Of a stretch of DNA of 64,000 nucleotides, positions 1-13,064 are shown in pieces. How positions within the stretch are numbered: position 1 is the stretch's first letter; every line of letters begins with the position of its first letter. This DNA comes from Acanthaster planci (taxonomy: Eukaryota): NCBI RefSeq assembly GCF_001949145.1, contig NW_019091356.1, positions 4,694,934-4,758,933 of the forward strand. Reading direction: 5' to 3'. The notes under the pieces are model-generated. The model worked only from the letters and a program-made list of their open reading frames with translations. It did no database searches and was not told the origin of the DNA. Made by a program: the position numbers and the translations under genes.

Positions 1-265
1 TCTCAGGCGGTAGAAGGGTATTTTTGTTTGTCGAATAAAGAAAACGTGAACGTGATAGGTTTGTTACATGTTATTGATCTTGACAACTCTATTAACGGAT
101 ACTACTTCAAACGTCGTTCTTTACGGATCATTCTGCAGATGTTGATGGTACAATTTCAATCGCGCGTAGAACTTCACTGAATGTAGGGTTGTTGTGACTT
201 AGCCGAGACCAAGTTTTAATAGACCAGGACGTCATACTTGGGTAAAATTCGTGTTTAAGAGGCAG

Positions 266-3200
266 TCACTTGTTTTCAGGTCGACAACATGAGATTACAC
301 ATTGTGTGAAAGCTACCAAGGTCGATGTAATTACTGCCATGCCTCCAATTGTCACAAAGACAGGCTCGTATGCCCCTGTGAGGTCATGAATCCATCCTGT
401 ATGGAAACAAAAATAACAGATCGTGGGAAAAATGATGTGACTTAAATTTGTAGTTATACAACGCACATATCAAGCACAAGTGCTGCATTATCACCCCCGT
501 GCATCTCATCAGGCCCATCAATATATTTCTCTCCTCCCTTGGGAGTGGAGATGAATCTGTTGACCGTGGTAACGCTATCACATGGTCAGTAGCAGGGGCC
601 CCGTCAATGGCGGTAAGTGTTGCGATTACTTTTGCACTTATAGCCACTTTTCTGCCATTGTAAAAGACCATTGGTAACTTTCAAGAAAACGCTGGATTTG
701 TATAATACTAATATTTAACACAACATCTATTCCTGTTCTCGGGGTATACCCAGCATGAGATGTGGCAAAGGGGAACTTCTCCCCTACGTGATGCATAAGT
801 TAGATTATTGTACCTACTGCCAAGTACTCTTTGCCACATATCGTACTTCATGGGATTGATCCAGGATACAGAGAAGTGAAAAAGGTTATTACTAAAGACA
901 AGTTATGAAGGCGTCGGCGTGTGATCGATGTAACGTACCACAACGAGTAGTAGAGGACCACTTGCTTCAAACTACCAGTTGTTTTGAAAGATTTTCAAAA
1001 CCATTTATGCCTGCATGTCCCGGATTTAGTCTGCATGGAAACTATTTAGCAAAATCCTAGAACTAGGATAGCTACCTACCAGCGAGCACTCCCCCAGCGA
1101 GTTCGCCAGCAGACAAAGATACGAATAACCAACTAAAAGCTGAAAGGTGCTGGTCCCCGGTAACTTCACGCACAAGCACGAACATCATCGGGTACAAGAT
1201 TCCCATAGCAAACCCAGCTATTGTGCACAGAAATGCTAGGGCGAAATAGGATTGCACTACTAGCGGGTTGGTGAGGGTAGACGCCGCGAACACCAGGCTC
1301 GATATCACAAAAAGAGTCGAAGATTTGATTAGACCGTAGTCAACCAAAGGGCCATGAACGGAACGTCCCACAAGGGAGCCAATGCCCCCGAATGTTGCAA
1401 GAACCGCGGAGGGCACTTCGCCAAATCCAAGCTCTATGCCTTGAGGAATTACAAATAAGTGCCAACTGCTAAAGAGGGCGCCACACAAGATAGTCACAAG
1501 CTGATAAACGAGGAACATATCTTGGGTGAGTATATTTGTGTCGAATCGTTCATGCACAATATTCAACATTTTCTTTGTCAGACTACCTCCACATTTAACA
1601 TCTCGTTTGCCTTCTTCCTTTGAAGTTATTGACGTGTTATCTGTGTCAGTTTGATTCGGCAGCACACTATAGAATGTCGGACACGACACTCTTCGTGGTC
1701 GAAACAGAGCACCACATACAGTATAGTTGAAAGAAAATGCCCCCAACAGGCAGAGAGCTGCCCTCCATCCGTAAACTGACACAATATATTCCGTTACTGG
1801 TGGGAGTATCATCATTCCAAGAGGCCCTCCGGAAAGGGAAACGCCGTTTGCTGCAGCAAAGTTGTCTGGAAAATAGTCCATAACGGCTTTAGCAGAGGCC
1901 AACTGCGTTGCAGCCTGCCCAATACCTGTTATTAAAAGGAAGAAAGTTTTCCTTTGTAGTTTCAATAAACATTAACTGAGACTAAATCTGAGGAACTTTT
2001 CAAAACGCTAAAGTAGGTTTTACCCTTAAAGGAGCCAGGAAATAGAAATATTTTCATAAATTTTACTAAAAACCCTTGAAATGGCATCTTTGGGTTTCAA
2101 TTAACCTTGGTTTAAATTTTTGTGTTGCAATTTTAACCCATATTTTGATGCTTTTTTGTTTTTATGCTAATACATATTTGCATACTCAGCAGAACTATGG
2201 TGTTATCCAAGGCACTGAATGTTGCACTGATTTGTGCACAGAAAAATTTGAGATTCTTTAAACACTGCTTTGGCAGATTTCATTTTCTTTGGCAATTTAT
2301 TGCCAAAAAAAATATCTTGAAAATAGTTCGCAGTACCCGCTGCTTCATTTGACTCGGACCGACCAACCGATCCCGGCAAGCTCGGCGGTCGAGTGGTTAA
2401 GACATCTGCACTAGTAAGCAGGAGGTCGTGGGTTCGAGTCCGACCCGCGTAAACTTGTGAGATTTTTTTCGCAAGCTGTCGGACAAGCACTGAGCTTTCC
2501 GGGAATAGTCGAACTTTTCCGAACTTATTCTGTCCGTATTGAATTCAGTTTCACGTCAACACTTTTCGAGATAGTATCTGGAAAAAGTTTTTTGCAAGTG
2601 GCCCTTATACGCTTCCGTATTATGGTAACACGATTTTGTGAAGGAGCGATTTCATAGCACTTGGTGGATTCATACTGCAAACCTAATTGAAAAATAACTA
2701 TTACTATAATCAGTTCTTCGCATAAGTCATTTTCAGGGACAACTTACTTGACAAAGCAAACAAGAACCCCAGAAGGAGAATAGAGGGTGAAAATGACGCC
2801 GCCATCAAACAAAAAGCAGCCATTGCTCCTCCAACCATGGTGATCATTCGTGGACCCAGCATTGGCATGAAGGCTCCAACCAATGGCACTAAGGTTGAAA
2901 ACGGACAATGCACTTCTCCACTATACTGACAATTTAATTGAGCTACTGAAGCGTACATGACTGTGTGGTACAGCTGCAACTTGAACCAAACCGTAGCAGA
3001 TGGTATGTAACATAATACTACCCCCAAAAAGCAAATACATGCATCCAATACAAGCATAATGTTCATGTAAGCACAATGGAAATGTGTGCATGTGTAGTTT
3101 TACTGTTGGCCTACTGCTCCCACGTAAAGGCAAGTTGCAAGCGGTGGTTTCAGGTAAAGGATAAATTTGTAATGGCACCGCTTTGATCGCGCTGCCACTG

Positions 3201-3683
3201 AATTGGCCTTTAATTGGTGCAAGGGATTAATGAAAAATGAATTGAAACTTCCAACTTTGATCGTGACATATTTATATACTCTGAACCCCCAGATTGCTTT
3301 GAACTGTAATATTTTGTGGACATGGAAAGGCTCAACTTGGTCAGCATATCATCAGGTTTGCATTTTTTTTCTACAGTTGATCGATGTTAAGGATATGATC
3401 TCTCATAAAGCGACTAAAATCTTCTTACTCAAAAGGACATCCTATCTTCAGTGATTCGTGTAGGTTCTTAGGCAGGGGTTTTTAGGATTTTATAAATATA
3501 CGCACCTGAAATGGCGCCTAGTCCGATCGACATACTGCAGACGAAACCAGCACTCGTAGTGGTGGTGGATAATTCATCTACCCAAAGTGGAATGAACACT
3601 GCTAACGCTTTGTATGTTCCCAGAGCAATAAATGCCCAGTATGTTCGGGCTAGCAACACGATCCATCGCCGAGGCAGTGTCAT
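266..3683 (-). CDS. Monocarboxylate transporter-like MFS protein (SLC16 family), 4 coding exons, ~431 aa
   Basis: Exons 3683-3506, 2888-2748, 1925-1080, 396-266. All introns are GT-AG and phase-consistent (1296 nt). There are many TM segments and MCT-like motifs (YFPDNFAAANGVSLSG, YGWRAALCLLGA, AGWIHDLTGAYE). Confidence 0.85.
2375..2500 (+). mobile_element. tRNA-derived SINE head / tRNA pseudogene (Thr-AGT-like) in MCT intron
   Basis: A-box-like GGTCGAGTGGTTAAG, anticodon-arm-like CTGC-ACTAGTAA-GCAG and B-box GGTTCGAGTCC. No proper acceptor stem. Confidence 0.65.
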
Positions 3684-3859
3684 TATGTTGTCGTTACTAG
3701 AGTGGCATATTTCCCATTATATACTCCAGTTGTTTGAAGTTAGACGTGTCGAGTAAAATGGGGACACCCAGCCTGCAGCCCGACCGTTGCCGCACGTTCA
3801 TTCGACCGTAACACTTTACGGTGGAAAGCTTGCGGTAGCACCATGTAAGGATACGATCT

Positions 3860-4885
3860 CTTTGTGAGTCCGTATGGTTCTGAAAAGAACCGCGAGACTC
3901 AACGTTTCGGACAGTATGCTTTGTCCGTCGTCAGGAGACTGAAGAGGTGCCTACATAGAGTGGGGCTTATAAGCTGACTGGGAGCACTGGAGTGTGACGG
4001 ATCCTTTCGTGTAGTCAGGTAGAACAAGGATGCAGCTGGTGGATCCACCTGGGTATTGATGCATGTCAGTTGGTCATGGGCTGTGGTGGGGGAAGGTTGC
4101 CTGGGTATAGGAGACCCATGGGCGAGGGGGCTAGGGTATAGAGGACCCATTGGACCGGGAGGTGAGCAGGGGCTGCCATATGTCATTGATGGAGAAGCCG
4201 ATGTCTTGAGGCACGGTGGGGTGTTTGGAGATTTCCAAGGCTTCTATAATGCGTCTTGGGTACCACTGTTCGATGCTAGCGATGAGGTGGGTTTTTTCCC
4301 AGTTGATGGTGTGGTCTTGGGCGTGGGGATGCTTGATGATGGCTGACTTTTCATAGTCCCCCTTCCTGCCATGGGCTTTGTGTTCTTTGATCTTGGTAGG
4401 GAGGTCCCTACCAGTCTCTCCGATGTACACTGCCACACTGGCAGGGGATCTTGTATACATGCATGGTCGGCGGTGTGGATCTTGCCTGTCCTTATGGGAA
4501 GTCAGAATCCGTGGATCATGAGGGAACTGTGTGGAACACCTTGATGTGGTGCTTGCTCAGGATACGCTGGAGGTAGTGGGAGGTATGTCCTAGGTAGGGG
4601 AGAGTGACAGAACTAGGGGCCTTATCTAGTTGGCTTTGGGTATAGGAGACCCTTCAGCCGGGAGGGGGACTTGATCTTGGGTCTTGAGTCTTGATCTGCT
4701 TGGGCTGGTATCCGTTGCGTTGGAGTGCCGTGGAGATGTGGTGGAGTTCCTTGTGTAGGTGCTCTTGGTCGCAGATGTCGTAGGCTCGGCGGATAAGGGC
4801 TCTGTTGACCTATGACTTGATTTTGGGGTGGTGGAGGGAGGCACTGTTTAGGTACCGGTTGGTGTGGGTGGGCTTGCGACACTTT
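3860..4885 (-). mobile_element. 5'-truncated, frameshifted Penelope-like retroelement (RT C-terminus + GIY-YIG endonuclease)
   Basis: The minus strand reads RKPTHTNRYLN...HHP (PLE RT C-terminal motif, ~4880-4825) and VYIGETGRDLPTKIKEH...SAIIKH...HTINWE...RRIIEALEI (GIY-YIG, ORF 4131-4460). Frameshifts are present. Boundaries are approximate. Confidence 0.88.
3895..3940 (-). ncRNA. Minimal type I hammerhead ribozyme motif at the 3' end of the Penelope-like element
   Basis: Minus strand AGTCTC-CTGACGA-C-GGACA-aagcatac-TGTCC-GAAACGTT-GAGTCT. It has core boxes CUGANGA and GAAA, a 5-bp stem II, palindromic ACGT for a dimeric stem III, and an imperfect stem I. Confidence 0.6.
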
Positions 4886-7431
4886 AGTTAAAATGAAACA
4901 GCTCCAAGTAATACAATATACTGATTATTTATTTGTAGAAATCGCGGGAGTTTTTAGTTATCGGGTTATTTAATAAGTGTAAAGAGTAATTTAAGATTCC
5001 GAAGAATCTAATTAGCCGCAGTACTGAGTAGAAGTGATTGGCCATTGTATGCCATCCGCCTATTTTTGTTTGTCGTTCGCTGCAAAATAATTCATTTTAG
5101 TGTAGGCCTAATCAGTTTCATATCATTGTAGTTTTTAAATGCTATGTGTTTTATATGTTTAGCACAAGAACTAAGATAATTTTTATTGTATGATTACAAA
5201 AATGAAAAACACCAAAATAATGTGTGTCGGTGTATGAATTTCAAGTAAATATTTCAAAATCGTAATCCTACTTTAGACGAAACCTGAGTCTGATATTCTT
5301 TAAATGTTGAAATGATTTGGCTAACGTGGGCCTACAAATAAATAATGTCAGTCAGAAACGATGAAACTGTGAGCTTTACTTTTGTTGCATTGCCTACGTA
5401 AGTTATGTCTTGTTTTCTGAATTCTCTGCTGATTGAATATTTCTCGAAAATGGCACTGGATTTGATCTTTGGTCGAAATACCCCGTCCTGCTGATGCAAA
5501 TTTCAAAGCTCAGAAACTTTGAACTCTTAAAATATAATGGATTTTGTAAATCGTGAATACACGGTACCACTTGTAAGTAACATCTTGGCCCTTTTACCCA
5601 GAAAGCGCTTGAGAGTGCGCCCTCTATATTTTCTAAAGCGGATTTAAGCTGACAGCTTGCGTAATTTACACAAAGACGTCTGGGTACCTCGCAAGTGTTT
5701 GCACATGCAGATGCACATTCCGCCTGTTAGTCAGGGGTCAAAAGCTAATTTGAAGTTATGAACCATTCTACTCTTATCTTAGCCCTGCGTATGCATGTGC
5801 AAATAGACGAAAGGATCCAGGTGACAGACTTTGTTTGCTTAATTGTTAATTTTTAAACTGATCGTTTAACTGTTGTACGCCCTCAAGGTTAACCTGGGAG
5901 AAAAGGCACACAATGGGATAATTATATTGGAGAAATTTGTCGCGATAAGACTTGTTTTATCTGAAAAGGCGGCACGCGACAAGCGTGTGTTCACTGTTTC
6001 TTGTACAAGTTTTAGTGTCTTCGTGTGACTGTAGAATACGCTGTACAAATTAACGTTTTCTCAGTAACATGGACAGTATTCAGTGCGGCATGTCGGGGAT
6101 AAGAACAAATTTGACATGCCTTGCTTGTCTTGCATGTTTGAGCACATAGGTCTATAGTTGAGCAAAGTCATCATGAGGTTTCAGTCAATGGTAAGGCCTT
6201 GGTAGTCTTGTTGGTTAACTGTTACAAAGTGTTTAAGTCATGTTAGCATTCTTAGGGTCGGTTTTTAACAAGCATGTAGGATCTCTCTTGTTGACTTAGC
6301 TTCCAGTCAGAACCATGTGCCAATATTTGAAAACGGTACAGCACTTGTGGCAAACACTGGCATAACTGGTGGCTTGCATTGTGTACTGTAGTTTACAATA
6401 AAGGAAGCTGTAGCTTACATGTAATATTCAAATTGTGTGTGATTGGTGCATATGCACGGTCGCTTGATCTTCACATGATCAGTAGACATTGATCTTCATG
6501 ATCTTGCTGCATGATTTGTCAATTAATTCTGTCATTACGTAGCAAATCGCCTTTCCTTTTTCATCCATGGTCGAGAAAGATTGTTTTAAAAAACAGAAGT
6601 AATGTTGGAGATTTCATGCAGAGTTGAGCAATTATGCAAGCAATCGGGCGATTGTGCATTTTGACCGATCACACCCAACAGTGCAGTGGTACAGCTAGCT
6701 TCCAAGTACAGATAACTGACATGAGGATGTGTCTTTAAATGCATTGGTCACGTGATCCATCCTCAAAGCTACTTTCTTTAGAGGGATCTTAGTCACCGAA
6801 TTTTGTTTTGGTGGGGAAGGGTTTTGGTTTTGAAGGAGGCCTGCTAATGCCCTATCCTCCCAAGAATATAGTTCTGCTTTCACTTGAACATGTCTTTGAA
6901 AAATTAGGGTCAGTTGGTCAGAAATTATTTTACCAAATTTTTTCTACTAATTCAATGGAGGTATTAGTTATGTGAATTTCAGCTTGAACTGTTTTCATTT
7001 TCCTGACAAAAGCTGAAGAAAAGCCCCCATGGTAAAACTGGTAAAACTTAAGTAATTAATGTAAAAAATTATTTATAGTGAATAATTCTAAAAATAGTAG
7101 AAAATTCACGTCTTGCATATCACTATGTGCAAGGCTAGTCACAATGTGAAACTGTGCATGTAATGTGATAACGTTAATACTATTTGGCCGGATATGCAAA
7201 GACTGGTTTCTACATTTTTCATCACGTCTTCTTTTGCAATAATGAGGTAATTTATAATTGTTTTTACTTGCTTATAAAAACTCTAGGGTCACGTTGCTAA
7301 AGTAAACTGGAACCGGAAGCGGAACCTTTGGGGAGGGGCTGGATTGGGAGAAATTAATACCCTAACTTAATCCTCGTGCATTATTTCATATTGTATTAAG
7401 GAAATGCTTTTGTTTTTTTACTACTACCAGA

Positions 7432-10400
7432 ATGGCGCGAGCTTTTTTGCTTCTAACATCCCGCCTCCAAGTGGCCAACAGAGGGCGCTACAGCACAGCA
7501 GCTGTGGCTGTCATGAATGAGGCGATGCAAGGGGTCATGACCTCCATTCATGAAGCAGGTAAGCTAAGAAACATATGGACAATTCCATGTACATGTAGCA
7601 AAGTTCTGGCAGATCCTGCAGTCCATTTCGTTGTGAATTGAATTTGCAAGTGAATTAATGTAAGTGGGAAATTTTATGCTTACATCTATGTGTAACTTAA
7701 TTAAGCCATTATTAAAGCGTTTGTGCACTTAATGAATATCATTGGCTGACTTTTCATGCTTTCTTGATATGGGTTTGAAAAGGTACATATAAACCAGAAC
7801 GTGTGATAACAACACGCCAAGCCACTTCCATCAAGGTAGAGGGAAGCTCGCGGGACATTTTGAATTTCTGTGCTAATAATTACCTGGGCCTCTCGGTAAG
7901 AAACTTAAATTTTTGGAATTGTTTTGTTTACTCTCTTGTTTTTGTTATTTTTTTCTCTCTTGTTTGGTTTCATTGCATGTCAATGGGAATACAAACCACG
8001 TTTGAACACAAAATTAGAAACTGATGTAATATGCTATCGTAACAGTAGCGCTTGTCTCTGAGGACAGTCTGAAAGACAGACTGGCAGTACTTATCCATAA
8101 GCCTTCTGGAAACATTGCTTCACAACACAAGTCGCTGTGTTAATCTATCAATCTAAATCCTCCCCAAACAGACAAATTTTTCACAATTCAAAACCCCAGC
8201 TGCATTATCTGTTTTTTTCAGTGATTTGTTGCCACGATCTTACAGCCTTTTTTTACTGAAAATCCTCCTGAAATCCAAGTTTTGTTGTAAGAGTATGTCA
8301 TCTCTCCACTGGCTTCTAGTGAGAAATTGGACAGTGACATCGTGGATAATGATCTTCATGGTAGCCTAGTTTTATTAGGAACATTTGACCAATGTGTCAT
8401 CCTCAGGAGAAAGATGATGTGTGTCACAGTTTGGCAGAGGTAGTAAGGTTCTAAAGCTCGAAATGTTAGGTTGGTTTGTCTGTTGAATCCCCTGACATTT
8501 TGTTGATGTCTAGAGCCATCCTGAAGTTGTTAACGCAGCAAAGGCAGCACTTGATGAGTACGGTGCTGGGCTCAGTTCAACAAGATTCATCTGTGGTACA
8601 CAGGTAACAAGACCAAATGTTTCACTATACATTTGTTGTAGCTCGGCTTCACACTTCCAAATTTTTAGAATAATTGTAATTAAAATGCCGCAAACACGTA
8701 ATGCAGATGAAAATATAAATCGTAAGCCAAATGGTCTTTTATGTTCCATTCTTATGATTTTTTGCCTGGAAAGACACCTTTGTGGTTTTGGAGGATGGTT
8801 GGGTTTGAGAGATTTCACAGTAATGCCTTCAGGCTGTGAGCATTTATTAGATAATGTCAAGTTAAATTCCTTTTCAATTTAATAGAATATTCACAAGGAT
8901 CTTGAGCAAAAGATTGCCACTTTCCATCAAAAAGAAGATGCTATCCTGTATGCAAGTTGTTTTGATGCCAACGCTGGCCTCTTTGAGGCTCTCCTCACAC
9001 CAGATGATGCCGTGATCTCGGATGAACTCAACCATGCATCAATCATTGATGGAATAAGACTCTGCAAGGCTGAACGTTATCGCTACAAACACATGAACGT
9101 GGAGGGTAGGTCTAAGTCTGTGATCCCTTATCAACATTTAATGGAACTGTTTAGGTGATGAAACCGAAAAATTTCTGTCAGAAGGAACAAAGATGGGGTG
9201 CAGATGGGGTCAGGGACCCAATTTATGAGACAGAGCCCTCATTTGCCTTGAGCAGAAGCACCCCATCATCTGTTGAAAAGAGCCATATTGGTTGAGAATG
9301 AAGCACCCCATCATCTGTTGAAAAGAGCCATATTGGTCGAGAATGTTCATTTTATGAGTAGCGATGCAACCTTAACGCATGTATTTCTTAGTCGTTTCTC
9401 AGCAGCAAATTTCAGTTCCTACCAAAGGAGCCGCTGTTGCTAAGAAAATTGTACTCTCTATTGTACCATCTCAAGGCTCAGAGAGAAACAAAAAGTACAA
9501 GTGACCGAGTTTAAAAATGTCTTGTGTTTGGGCTCAGATCTGGAGTCTATTTTGCAGAAGACCCAACATTGTCACATGCGGATGATTGTCACTGATGGTG
9601 TCTTCAGTATGGATGGAGATGTTACGCCACTCAGGTAAGAAAGGATTGTATCTCAAACTGATTGTTGATCACCTGTCTAAATTACTGTGACATTGTGTTT
9701 TGGGTGGCTAAGTATATGAGAACCATCTTGGTATTTCAACTTGATCTTTCAGAGAAATCACAGACTTGGCCAACAAGTATGAAGCGCTTGTGTTTGTCGA
9801 TGACTGTCATGCCACAGGGTTCCTTGGCAAGGCTGGTAGAGGAACGGAGGAATATCTGGGAATTGATGGGTCATCTGACATTATCAATTCCACTCTGGGC
9901 AAAGCGTTAGGAGGAGCCTCAGGTCAGATAGATCCGCCCCAATTAGTGTATGCCACCCCCACTCCTAAAAACTAGGATGGAAAGTAAGCATGACTCCAAA
10001 TCCCCATGTGAATTAATACACTAAGCTCATTTTGTACACCAAAAGGTTCCTTCTTTTTCTAGGCAAATGCTTATACTAAAGAGTAGTTTTCACGAATTTG
10101 TGTTTGTTGATGACTGTCCTTCCACGGCATGTTTAAACATTGGTATTTAAACTTGTTGGTTAAACATATTCATGTGAGCAGGTGGCTACACTGCTGGACC
10201 TAAGTCTCTGACTGACATGCTGAGACAGAAATCTCGTCCCTATCTCTTCTCCAACACTCTACCTCCACCTGTAGTTGCTTCAGCATCAAAGGTAACATAG
10301 AAGACTTGTTCCTTATATGAATGTGACCCTACAGCATTTGGCAGAATTGTTGATTATACATTCCTAATCTCAACTATGCTAATGAACTAATGATTGACGT

Positions 10401-11897
10401 ATATCAACATTTTATTTCAGGTTCTAGATATGATAATGGAAGATCCTTCCTTGATGTTGAAGCTTGCTAGTAACACCAAACTCTTTAGGGATAGGATGAC
10501 GCAGGCTGGCTTCACCCTCTGGGTAAATACACCTGTTTTGCTCCAGTAATCTGAACCCTCCCCGTAGTGTCTAAAATTTCACATCTGGGTCTTATTGATT
10601 GGGTCATTGCTCAGTGGTAGATTGGGGTTGACATTTAAAAGGCTCAGAGAAACTTGTAAAGGTCATTGGCATTAATCTTTGCTGAATCTCACAGAGCTGT
10701 GCAGGTGAATTTATGTTGGGCCTGTTGACCGTAGGTTGCTTGTTGCTTCCCTTTATTTTTTAGTAAATATGCGGAAGCATATGCAGAAAAAATTTCATAT
10801 CGTTGTAGCTTTTTATTGTTTAATCCAAAGATTCTTGAAAGCGTTGTTGCGTCTTGGCCAGTGGATAATCTGTGATCCAACCCAAGAAAATGAATAAGTT
10901 TTGAGTGAAAGGCCTTGACAAGAAACTTGCATCTTCGAGTTGTCAAACAGTGGTAGCTTCCAATATTTTTACCCATATTTTTTATCCATTTTCATGAGGG
11001 ACCAAAATGGGTAAAACATTGAAGCAAGCAATTGAGTTTGCTCTTTTTCATGCAAGCAAGTCTGGTCCGAGCCAATTTGGCTCATCAAGCCGGTGTTTAT
11101 CTCCAATTTCCTTGGCATGAAACGACTGAGAATATTTCTGTCCCCCCTAGATGGGATGCCAGTCCATCGCAGGTTGCTTCCTCGGCTATTTGGTACCCAT
11201 TTATACTTCTGGGTGGAGAGAGGCAAGCCGCGGGTTGAAGTGGCTTGCCAAGGACCACAACATACTGCCAACAGCTGGATTCGAACCTCCAACCCTATGA
11301 TTGGAAACCACTGACCCTAACCACAGCCTTGGCCACATGCCCCCTCTTTCTCATACAAAACAAAACAGAATTACCAAATAATGTGGCCATCTAATTCATT
11401 TGGTGGGATCCTGTCATATTTTGACTATTGAAGTAGCTTTTTAGATGAGATTCTTTATGTCTGTACATATGACACATTTGTAATGCACTCTTCTCACAGG
11501 GGAAAGATCATCCAATTTGTCCTATCATGCTGGGCGAGGCCAGCCTCGCTGGTCGCTTTGCAGAAGAAATGTTGAAACGAGGCATCTACGTCATCGGTTT
11601 CAGCTTTCCCGTTGTACCACAAGGTTAGATGACATTGATCACCACACATCACTACCCACAATGCTGTGCAGTAATTTGTTACAGAACTTGAGTGGTTGCC
11701 AGCCGTCTTGTTGTGAGCATAAGCCAAAACAATGCAGTACATTGCTGAAAGTAGATGGTCAGATGTTGGTGTTTTCTTTTTCTTTGACAGGTAAAGCTAG
11801 GATTAGAGTACAGATCTCAGCTGCACATTCTGAGGAGGAGATTGAAAGATGTGTTCAGGCTTTCATCGATGTTGGAAAAGAATTGAAAGTCATCTAA
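7432..11897 (+). CDS. GCAT: Glycine C-acetyltransferase (2-amino-3-ketobutyrate CoA ligase), mitochondrial, 10 coding exons, ~419 aa
   Basis: Exons 7432-7558, 7783-7895, 8514-8603, 8886-9105, 9538-9634, 9753-9922, 10182-10291, 10421-10522, 11500-11623, 11791-11897 (1260 nt, GT-AG). Motifs: [38 protein letters not shown] (PLP lysine), [11 protein letters not shown]. The N-terminus is Arg-rich like a transit peptide. Confidence 0.95.
9244..9470 (+). repeat. Interspersed repeat family A, copy 1, with an internal ~45-bp tandem duplication
   Basis: GAGCAGAAGCACCCC...GTTGAAAAGAGCC...AAGGAGCC..GTTGCTAAG is shared with ~20781-20990 and ~47170-47362. Confidence 0.7.
11052..11342 (-). mobile_element. 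tRNA-derived CORE-type SINE in a GCAT intron
   Basis: The minus strand has an A-box-like TGGCCAAGGCTGTGG, B-box GGTTCGAATCC and a CORE-like GTCCTTGGCAAGCCACTT...TATAAATGGGTAC, followed by a 3' tail. Confidence 0.75.
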
Positions 11898-12390
11898 GGG
11901 GGAACTCTGGATCGGTGCTGACAGGCTCAGTCATGGTAACAGATAAATGACCAGGAACCACCTCAAACCTTGGAATGAAGTTGGAATGAAAACACCAGCT
12001 GTATTAATTGAGATCACCTGCTGCTGAAGCCATAAGAAACAGTAAATAGGGCCACAGGGTAGGAAGAAATGGCAACTGATGCCGTCTATAGTGGTTTTTA
12101 CAGATGCATGCACTGTTTCCAGCCAAATCAAACTATATAAAAACAGTGTCAGGAAACATGAAGTGATCTCATATGGAAACATCTGTGCAGAATGCTACAA
12201 TGGAAACTTTGCTCATCAATATGTAAGATATACACAAGAAGCTGTCTGGAATGCTCCAAGTTCTGAGGTGACTCCTTCGCGCTGGAAAATCTCCAGATTC
12301 TTGACACGTTTTCCTGCTTGTAAGTGACTTTGTAAAACACGCCCATGCACACAATCCTTAAGGTACACGTTAATTTCCAATTCAGGCTTG

Positions 12391-12562
12391 TGGGTACACC
12401 ATGGAATCAATCTCTTTTGGAAAAGGTGTGGTTTTTAGAAGAGCCGCTGAGTGTTCACTGGACGTTTTGGCGGGGAGAGCATCCTGGCCGAAACGTGCAG
12501 TTGATACCAGTTCTTCTCAGAACCGCACCTCTTCTGAAGAAATTGATTCCAAGGTGTACCCA
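12391..12562. repeat. Inverted repeat (~55-bp arms), probable MITE downstream of the GCAT stop
   Basis: TGGGTACACCATGGAATCAATCTCTT... pairs with ...AAGAAATTGATTCCAAGGTGTACCCA. Confidence 0.65.
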
Positions 12563-12698
12563 CCAACCTACAGCTCATGTAACTTCCAATCTTACTAAAC
12601 ATCTGCTCCCGCCGTTCTGTGAAATTCAATTAGTAATGGGCGTGGTCTAAAGTGTAATGACGTCACGCTGAAAAATGGAATACACACAATTTTTATGA

Positions 12699-12757
12699 TT
12701 AACCCTAACACTCCTCAATCCTCCAACAGGTGAAGGATTGAGGAGGGTTAGGGTTAA
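12699..12757. mobile_element. Tiny piggyBac-like hairpin element with TTAA flanks
   Basis: TTAA-CCCTAACACTCCTCAATCCT...AGGATTGAGGAGGGTTAGGG-TTAA. Confidence 0.6.
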
Positions 12758-12901
12758 AGAAAATTAATTTTGTTGATTTGTAATTAAACAGTGACATATT
12801 TGGAGTAAACATTTGGGATAAAAAGAGTGGGTATAAAGAGGTACATCAGAAACTCTCAAAGGGAGAATTCCTTTTGATAATTGCCTGCAGGTGATGAGAT
12901 C

Positions 12902-13064
12902 TAATACGGGCATGTCACAGTACTGCGCCTCCAAGAGTTTGCGACCCGTTGACCAATCACAAGGCACGAAATCTGTCGACCCTTTTCAAACAGATTTTGC
13001 ACATTGTGATTGGTCAATGCATCACCAACTCTTGGAGGCGCACTAGTGTGAATTGCCCGTATTA
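12902..13064. mobile_element. Palindromic MITE family B, copy 1
   Basis: TAATACGGGCA...GCGCCTCCAAGAGTT / AACTCTTGGAGGCGC...TGCCCGTATTA. A second copy lies at 29450-29611. Confidence 0.75.

Noticed and set aside
2385..2450. Functional tRNA gene
   Set aside because: The acceptor stem does not pair and the anticodon arm is irregular.
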